A stretch of 64,000 nucleotides of DNA from Raillietiella orientalis (Eukaryota). A program made the translations under genes and the position numbers. Shown piece after piece: positions 56,226-64,000 of this stretch. The first letter of the stretch is position 1, and each line of letters opens with the position of its first letter. The stretch spans positions 3,100,001-3,164,000 of the forward strand of contig JAYWIR010000006.1 in the NCBI GenBank assembly GCA_036172245.1. The letters run 5' to 3'. The notes below the pieces were generated by a model. It was not told the DNA's origin, searched no databases, and saw only the letters and a list, made by a program, of their open reading frames with translations.

Positions 56226-57074
56226 CGAAAATCCATGTAGGGTCACGAAGAAGCGCTTCTTCCTTTCCTCGGTTTTCTTCGGTCGTAGGTCGTAGGTCTT
56301 CTTCGGTATCGAAAAACCTGGCACTCAATGGCACAGAAATGGTACGTTTTCTGAATCAAAACCACAGAGAAGATAAAGTGTATACTATATGTAGGGCGTA
56401 TTCTACTTTATGCATCATGTGAATTGTATATGCATCGAGTTGTCGAGTATTATCTTTATTTCCTCAAACCGTGGTTACGTCATGGTCGGGAGATCATCTT
56501 TTTCCCGTTGAAACCGGGCCTTCAAAAGATGCTGGAGTTCCACGTGAAAATTGTGGCTGAATTCATTTATCAAAGGCATGCTCCTCTATTAGTTTCGAGA
56601 AAACACATGTGAACCAACCGAATTACAGTTATTTCTTGTGAGGATAAAGTAAAACTTTAAATCATTACTCATGCAGTAATCATTACTCTGCTAGAGGGGA
56701 CTAAGTTTCAGGCGCCATCACGAATTGCAAAATAAAGGTATTTATAAAATGAAAGATATTGATCCCACATTTTTTGGAAATTTCGGAAATCTTTCTCCTT
56801 GAATCTGCAAATGACACTGAGCAGTAAACAACACACGAAAGTGTACAGTCTCAATTATTGCATCGACAGGATGAAATACATCCCTACGTCATGATGGTCA
56901 TCAGTAGTACTAGTGAATGATCCTTGCGCATTAAGAGATACTTTTCGTGATACGATAGCTAGTGTTTACTTTTTTCAGGGAGTTTGCAAAGCTTCGTATC
57001 TTGTGACATTGTAGGTTGTTTAACACTTTTGAAAAATTTGATTTTCTTCGAGCCCAGTTTCATTTCTTGTCAAA

Positions 57075-58337
57075 ATGGGTGTCCTTAACAATCCAATATT
57101 GAGTAGGAACAGGAGACAGAATGAAATTAACCTCGAAGATCTTGAAGGGTAATAAATATTCTGTACTCAATTTATGTGTTTCTTTTTAACCCAAAATGAA
57201 AACTAGCACGCATTATTATTGATACATTGGTGCAAACATAGTAGCAACCCTTTGAAAGTATTGTTGAACTTTGAGGTTTTAGGCTGTTTATTAGTTGATG
57301 TTATATATTATAGCCTGGAGGATTATTTATACATTCAAGATGACACTGAAGATGAAACGTTATCAAATGAAAACTATCTCATACAAATCAGAAGAAAAAG
57401 AAATAGGAATACACGACATCCTGCAGTTCTGGAAACCACATCCACATTTTCGGGAAGAAAACAAAGCAGAAAGAGGTGTAAAATGTTTGAAAGCGGTAAA
57501 ACAGGTGTATATTTTTGGGCGTAAACTATCAATGTTTGTATTTTCTTATAGTTGCATTTCTTTCTCAAATGGCAGATGAAGATGACTGCAATCGTGAAAT
57601 AGCTATATGTGACTTTATCGAAAACTCAACCTCTGCTTTTTTGCAGCTTATGGAAAATGAGGACTACTTACAGGTAAAATACACACACACACACAATAAA
57701 AACAGGGATTCGAATAATTATTGGGAGGTGCACTTTCAAATTCAAGTGCCCTTGGCAATTTTTATGATTTTATAGTTGCGGGAAGTGTTGGTCTGTTGCA
57801 CAGAGGAGCAGCAGGAAGCCTTGCTTGACATGCATCAGGAAACTACATCATCAGAGCAGAATACTGGGTCTTCAGGGTCTTCTGGAGACTCCAGAAAAAT
57901 TCACCCTGCACTGTCTCCTCAGATGGCATTCCAGACTTTGGACAGGCAGCTACGTAATCTGCTTGCCAGTCGTCACATACCTGTTGTGCGTGGGGAAAGG
58001 TGTTTCCATACTGCAGCAGGCATGTTTTTATAGGGTGTTTTGGATGGCTTGGAAAGTGAACTGACCAGTTTTTTCCTCAAAAATCCAACATCTGTCTTTT
58101 GTTCCCAGCGATTACCTTCATATCATAGACTTCTTCTACATGGTATCTGCCAGTATCATCAACTACTTAGTCACAGTAAGTATGAAAAAAAAAAACAACA
58201 GCAACATTCTATCTCCAAAATGTAAAGGTTTTGGGAAAGGGAAACTCCGTTGGACCAGAGTTTTCAATCCTTGGAGTGACTTCATCCTTCCATCTGTATT
58301 GTTAGCTGAATTGGTTCAAAAGCGATTAAATAGATAG
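57075..58337 (+). CDS. R3HDM4: R3H domain-containing protein (R3HDM4-like), 6 coding exons, about 279 aa
   Basis: Exons 57075-57148, 57314-57495, 57552-57673, 57776-57985, 58034-58175, 58228-58337 join in frame via GT-AG (840 nt). Contains the R3H-associated segment (RKQSRKRCKMFES-VAFL; EEQQEALL; AFQTLDRQLRNLLASRHIPVGVLDGLESELTSFF) and the R3H motif SYHRLLLHGICQY. Confidence 0.88.
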
Positions 58338-58432
58338 GGGTGTACCTATATGGGGGGCAGTGGGGTCTGACAATGCGATTGTGTAGATGATGTGTATACC
58401 CTTTGGGTTCTAGCTTTGTGCCTTTTTGTTTC

Positions 58433-58438
58433 AATAAA
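58433..58438 (+). promoter_or_regulatory. AATAAA polyadenylation signal of the R3H gene, overlapping a candidate 3' splice site (AG 58438-58439)
   Basis: ctttgtgcctttttgtttcAATAAAG|tgctgtgaaaATG, 95 nt after the R3H stop codon. Confidence 0.6.
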
Positions 58439-58449
58439 GTGCTGTGAAA

Positions 58450-59119
58450 ATGAATGAGGAAGTTTCGAGGGTAGCACAGCAGAAGGCCTATCTGGAGAAT
58501 GAAATTCAGCAGGCACAGGCAAAATTGAGAGATTTGAAACAGCAGGGTGTACCCTTATGGACAAAGTCCATGTCATCATCACAGCATCAAAAGAAGTGTC
58601 AGCTTGCCATGGAAAGTTGCCATTTACAAGGTCGAAGAAGAGTACTAGAGGAGCTGCATGCAGTCTGTGGGCGTGAGAGAGTCAACAATTATGGCATTGG
58701 CATCCAGTGTTTCCTAAGGTATTTGCATTGCATCAGAATCCAGAGGCACATCTTGAATCAAATCACAAAGAGTTGGAATATTTGCAGAGCATCAACACAA
58801 AACTAGATAATGAATTAGAAAAGTAAGTGAGGTTTACTTAATAAACAATTTGATTTTTTCCGGATCAAGAGATCAAATTGTTTTCTTGACAAATGCTAGT
58901 ACTCAAAACACGTTCACGCCATCTCTTCATGTTAATTTTATTTTGTTGATATTTAAGAAGTTTGTTGATTTTTGGGGAAACACATTCCAGTCCATAACAC
59001 AGTATTCCTTTAGGTTTAACAAAATGCTGGATTCGTTAGTTTCTCCCTTAAATAAAGCTGCAAGTGTGGGTGAATGTGATGAGATGCTGTTGCGTTTCAC
59101 ATACACTAAGCAGGCAATG
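58450..59119 (+). CDS. Unidentified spliced coiled-coil protein, 3' end unresolved
   Basis: ATG 58450 opens MNEEVSRVAQQKAYLENEIQQAQAKLRDLKQQ...LEELHA; exon 58719-58822 (VFALHQNPEAHLESNHKELEYLQSINTKLDNELE, donor GTAAGT) joins in phase 2 to exon 59014-59119 (KFNKMLDSLVSPLNKAASVGECDEMLLRFTYTKQAM, donor GTAAGT). Heptad-like composition and phase-compatible consensus splice sites; first intron boundaries ambiguous; family not recognised. Confidence 0.7.
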
Positions 59120-60699
59120 GTAAGTCTTCATGGTAATCTGTTTGGATCAGTTCTCATGAATGGTCTGATTTTTTTGACCCTTGCTAGTGTTTATTTCATA
59201 TTCAGTGATGTTGATTCCATGAAGTCTACATCAACACTTGAACTTTAATTTATTGGTAGTATTTTTTTATGACAGCTTTGTAACTTCTGCAAGTCTTGTA
59301 GTTTTAATTTCTACACTCTCTTTTTCTGTTTTCATTGGAGCTGTAAGCTCCAGCAGATAATTAATGAAGTATATTTGAACTCCAAAGCAAGATTACTTTA
59401 TGTAGTGTTCTATCAATGAAGAGTGTAAATACAATATAAGTAGTTTAATGTTCTTATGTATTGTGTAATAATTTGTAGTTGTGTTGTAATTTTCTAAATT
59501 CACCAATAGGCTTGAAAGTCAACAAATTTTAAAAGTAGTATTCTAAAAAAAAAGTCACAGGACAGTTGAGTGCACAGACAAGCTATTGTAAAGTGTTTCC
59601 CACGTAATAAATGAATCTTATATTTTCAAAGCAAGTGGCAAAAAACTGAATGTAGCATGGAGATCCTTACACTGGTTTTTTATTTCCTAGAGGTGCAATC
59701 AACCACGTAACTTCAAGATTTCAATATTGATATGATGAAAAGATTTCATAGGTCGAGTTCAATTATTTTAACATTCATTTCACTTTTCCTATTACAGTGG
59801 TTTGCTAATGTATATTTGCAGTTGGGTTTTATGCAGAGAAATGTTTTTTGTGGATTAAATGCATCCCATTTGTATGATTGCTAGTTCAAAAATTATCCTT
59901 GTCATTGAACTTGGTGTGTATTTATTGTGATACACGAAAGATTTCAGCCGTCTTCTTCTGTAAGTGAATACATCTATTAGAATTCAGCAATGGTATGAAA
60001 TTAGTGGTCACTACAGTACGAAATGCAAGTGGAGTGAATTTAAAGTGAAGGCTTTTGTGGCATAGCCGCTTTTTCTCCATTAGAATATAAGCTGTCGTGT
60101 AGCCTCACATTTGTAAAATCAGACGTCAAAAGTCGTCAGTATAAAAGAGATAGTGTTTATCAACACGAAGCATTGTGGTTTGACAGCGAAGTGTGTGTGT
60201 TGCTCTCCGTAGTTTGTTGCTACTTCCGATTCATTCCAACCTGTGAACTCCTGCAACCCCGAGGCAAATCGCAAGGTTGTGTCATAGGTTGCTTCCTTCA
60301 GGAGTCCATGCCAAGTGTGAGAACAACTGTGCCAATTTGTGCTTCACGTGCTGTTGTGGGTCACAATGAAAGGGAAGCATAGGTGTGCTTCTCTCACCGA
60401 AAAGGATCAGTCAGCACACACCCTAATGGGATCAAGGAATTTGTGCCTCTTTGACCTATAGGGTACGGTTTGGCTTGAAAATGTGCCCAAGAGTGGATTG
60501 TAGCCCTCGTGCACCGAGGAAGTCACTGATCATTGCTAGTTCTGGTACTTATTCGGAGACAGCCGGAAAGGAAGGAATTCTTGCTTACGTACGATTTTCC
60601 AGAAGAGGGTCCTTCTCGGATAACCGGCCAGGTCACGAGTGTCGAAATCTTGTTGAGATGCCGAGCAGAACCGTGGTGTCGGAATTTCAACGGATAGGG

Positions 60700-62775
60700 T
60701 TGCCGGAGAGGAAGAGCCGAACGGACCCCGGTCTCTGCAGCCGTTTCTCCGTCTTTGTAGTTTCGAGTCCTATCCCGAGGAATCTGGACCAGGCAATCAG
60801 CAGATGAGCTCGATCCGGGAAGCGATGATCCATTGCTGAACGTGTCCACTGGTGGATTCTCTCGAAATCGAATACTGAGCGGAGTGTGCATTCCATTGCG
60901 AAATTCTCGAGCGGGGCTGCCTTTATTGAACCCGCGGTGTGTAAACACTGCGGGCTCAATAAATTCTTCTTGCAAGCCACGCAGAGACGAGGGAGGAATT
61001 CTGCCGGTAGTGAAATGAGATCGTTCGGTTGCACTCTGCTGTTGAGAGCGTGCAGCTCAGTGCAAAGGAAGGCTTTGCAGTTGTACAGTCTCCTTCGGTA
61101 GTAGGAGTTTGGCGGCTGATTTGGAATTCGGCTTGCAGTGTGGACGTCAGTCCACTGTTTGGATGATGCTTCCTCTTCCAGTTGCTGTGGCGACGAAACC
61201 GAATTGCTTTCGTTTGACGACCTCAGTGGGTCATTGTAAAATTGAGAGACCTTCCGATTCGGTTCTTGAGGATTTTTTTTTTTTTTTTTCCGATCATCGC
61301 CGTTGCAATTTGCCCAATTGCAGTTATGTGTGATTGTCTGGGTACGGATGGGCTTAAGTTCTTCGTTTCTTTTTGTGTGTGTGTGGACGTAAATCGTAAG
61401 GACGATCCCATTACTTTCTGCCGTGACTCCGTTCATGAAATATTCAAAATTGCTTTTTACTGCAGTAGTACGTAATGGATCCCAAGGATAGGAAAGGAGA
61501 GTGGATCCCGGTGAACACCAATCACAGCACCTCGGCCGACAGACAGCACAGGAAGTTCGTGTTGGTACGACGCCCCGGCCTATTCGGTGAATCTGTCAAA
61601 TGCCGTGGCGTCGATAAAGCAGTCGAAAAAGAAAAAAAAAGAAAAGAAAAAAGGGGGAAAAGCCAGGGATATTTTAATTTTCCCCTTTTCAGGATCTACT
61701 TTGCGATATGCTCCCAAAGCCTCCCGACGGCTTCATACCCCTGAAAGTCTTGCTCAGCGTAAGTAGGTTTTCGCCATTTTCGCTTCCTGCAGATTTCCCG
61801 ACGGCAAAGGAGTCGCCGCAGCTCCGGTCGGGGGGTCTGACCTGTGAAATGTTGTCCTCCGAAACGCGGTCTCAGAGGTGGCTTGTGGAAAATGGCGAGG
61901 AAAGTTTCGGCGGGGTCTCGGACTCTTTTTTTTCTTCTTTTTTCTTAGAAGTCCCCAGAAGTATTTTCATCGTGCAGCAAATTCTTAGATACGGTGCTCG
62001 TTTCGTTGATGGCTGTTCGAAATGTTAAAATGTAGACGGCGCCGCAAGAGGCAGTGTTTCTTCTTTGTTTCCTTTTTTCTTCTTCCTCCCGCCGGAAAAA
62101 AGCTCAAATCGTTTCGAATGAAAACATCTGGTCACGCAGGTTCCGGAACATTTGAAACCATTCTTATGTAAATGAGAATCTTCCTTTGTCATCCAAGTAC
62201 GAGGAAGGAATGGTTCGTCCCCTGAAAGCGAGAGGTTCGATTTTGGTGTATTTGAGGAGTGTATGGCACGCGGTATGTGGGTTTCGAGTATATTTGTAGC
62301 AACTTTTTTTTTTTTTTTTTCTTTTTTTTTTTTTGTTTTTACGGTTTCTGGCCGTTTTTTAACGGCGCCTGGAACCGTAAAAATTCGTGTAGGAACAGCG
62401 CTCCTTTCACGCAGCCAATTCAGGGGCAAATGGCACTTCGGCGTTGTGAGGTACATTTTTCAGCTGCAGCATCAGCAAAGAGCCCTGCAAAGAGTTCGCA
62501 AAGCAGCGAAAACATTCGAAATCGATGTGTTTTCGCAGACACGTGCGGCTCTTGCACGACAGAATCCCGAAACTGCATGTCGTGGATGCTGCGCGCTGGT
62601 ACAGCGGACAGCTTACCGTGGTTACGGTCCAAAGCAAACACTCCTTGCGAGGATGCGGTAGCTGATCTTTCGGCGCCGCCGTCACGTGCAGTGGCGCGTG
62701 CGTGCGTGCTCTGCCCTGGCCGGATAAGCGTGCCCTGCGAACGGACTCCACGGAGATGGAGCCTCATCCGCTTAC

Positions 62776-62807
<32 letters not shown>

Positions 62808-63150
62808 GTAGAGTAGGTGTGCCTTACGTGCTCTCTTGATTTCGTTTTTCCTCTCCCGACGATGCCGTGCCTCCTCCCATTCGGAGCCAAAGCACCCCGC
62901 GAGGTTCTGTGCGTTTCGCATTTCCGCCCCTGCGGGTTGCCCGCCGAGGACACGTCGGGTCGCGCAAATGCGACCGCGGTGTTCGCGGAACCTCAGCGGC
63001 AGCGTTGGGGCTCAAAAAGAGATGCCACATCAGGCGTTTGCGATCCCACAATGGGATTCTGTGCAAGAGGGACGATGGTCGAACACTGCCCGAGCAAAAA
63101 TCATTTTGGCGTGACGCGCAGCTGTGTTTGCAGCCTTCGCTGTTTCCGTT
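60700..63150 (-). mobile_element. Decayed hAT-superfamily transposase
   Basis: In order on the minus strand: ARDGGAE...QGV (resembles DGAxxMxG..GV), FRCFANSLQ (resembles HCxAHxLNL), PNSYYRRRLY, TLRSVFDFERIHQWTRSAMDHRF..AHLLI (resembles ERSFSxLxRIKTxLRSTMxxxRLxxLxLL, hAT dimerisation domain). Interrupted by unrelated DNA. Confidence 0.65.
62776..62806. repeat. (GT)n microsatellite
   Basis: Direct observation. Confidence 0.95.
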
Positions 63151-63495
63151 GCTGGGAAAGCGCGTTTCAATGTACGGCACTTTTTTTTTTTTTGGTACAG
63201 TTGGATGGAAGACGGGAGTTACGTGCATCCGAGAGATCCGAGGATGGATTTTGCCTGCATCTGTTTACTTTTGTTTGCAAGCATCCGGGGAAGGGGGGGG
63301 GGGACGAAATTCGCAAAGAGAGGAATCGTGCCCTTAAGAATCGGTGCAGACACCCCACGCATCCCCCGCGTGCCCGATAGCCAAGTTCGTAAGCGCTAAT
63401 GACACGTGCTGGAAGGCAAACCTTTTCTTTTTTTTTTTTTTAAAAAAAAAAAAAAAAGAAGTGCGTTTGCCGTAACTGATTGTAGCGGATGCTTT

Positions 63496-63521
63496 TATAT
63501 ATATATATATATATATATATA
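63496..63521. repeat. (TA)n microsatellite
   Basis: Direct observation. Confidence 0.95.
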
Positions 63522-64000
63522 ATATGGGGGCTTCCGAGTTGAGGGTGTGAAAATGATGGGCCCCCTCCACGTTGCTCATCATCCGCGGAAGATCGGATTT
63601 GAACCATATAGAAACGAAAAACCTGAACCACTTGGCGTAGGGCTGAACCGATTTGTTTTCAGCATCCTTTCACTTAATTATGTGCACTTGGTAGTTCTTA
63701 CGAGTGGTTTCTGTTATGCCATTTCTCCACCGCGTAAGGACGGCTTGTGCATTGTACTAATGAACATTGGACAGCGTGTTGACATCGTTGGCGTAATGTA
63801 CTTTTCCATCCTGTGGGACACAGAAATTAAGTTCTTTCTGTGTTAACGTTATCCATGATTGGGTGTGCGTAGCATGCTCCAGTGTTTCTTTCGCTGTAAT
63901 CTGATGCTGATGCATCTCAGCTGTTGCTCATTGGATCGTGTTTTTTTTTTTTTTTTTTTTCTTTCCTTTTTTGTCCCCGTGATGACGTAACATATTTCTC

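Larger units (their letters stand above)
50171..56335 (+). mobile_element. Probable decayed piggyBac transposon carrying nested LINE insertions
   Basis: TTAA|CCCTTTGAGTGC at 50171-50186 with subterminal palindromes; degenerate right-end candidate GCACTCAATGG at 56321-56331; remnants at about 54500-55400 in piggyBac order: YKW.., YNKI (resembles DRLxKIRP), PGRFLLFQGW (resembles DESLLLFKGR), KYEMRLY (resembles K/RFGIKxY), GDQHF (resembles DNxY). Confidence 0.5.

Noticed and set aside
59120..60200. Terminal exon(s) of the coiled-coil gene
   Set aside because: Several AG candidates (about 59356, 59690, 59821) give short unrelated peptides; cannot choose without RNA data.

Overview
Eukaryotic, animal DNA (most likely an arthropod with very compact genes); not prokaryotic, and most ORFs in the supplied track are spurious GC-rich frames. 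The window alternates between GC/CpG-rich graveyards of decayed transposons (about 1-33.7 kb, 44.8-56.3 kb, 60.4-63.4 kb) and two AT-rich, CpG-poor gene islands. Island 1 holds a complete 12-exon WDR24 (GATOR2 subunit, +) and a complete 4-coding-exon Ral GTPase (-), with stop codons only 86 nt apart. Island 2 holds a 6-exon R3H-domain gene (R3HDM4-like, +) followed 112 nt later by a spliced coiled-coil gene; the upstream AATAAA and a candidate splice acceptor for the second gene overlap. Most introns are 42-57 nt and one needs a GC donor. The repeat regions contain many L1/Tx1-type LINE remnants (one with a 14-bp target-site duplication and no poly(A) tail), four copies of a tRNA-headed SINE-like family, two copies of a foldback/MITE-like element, a probable decayed piggyBac and a decayed hAT transposase. 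All gene models and repeat calls were made by eye from translation and motif recognition; no database search was run.
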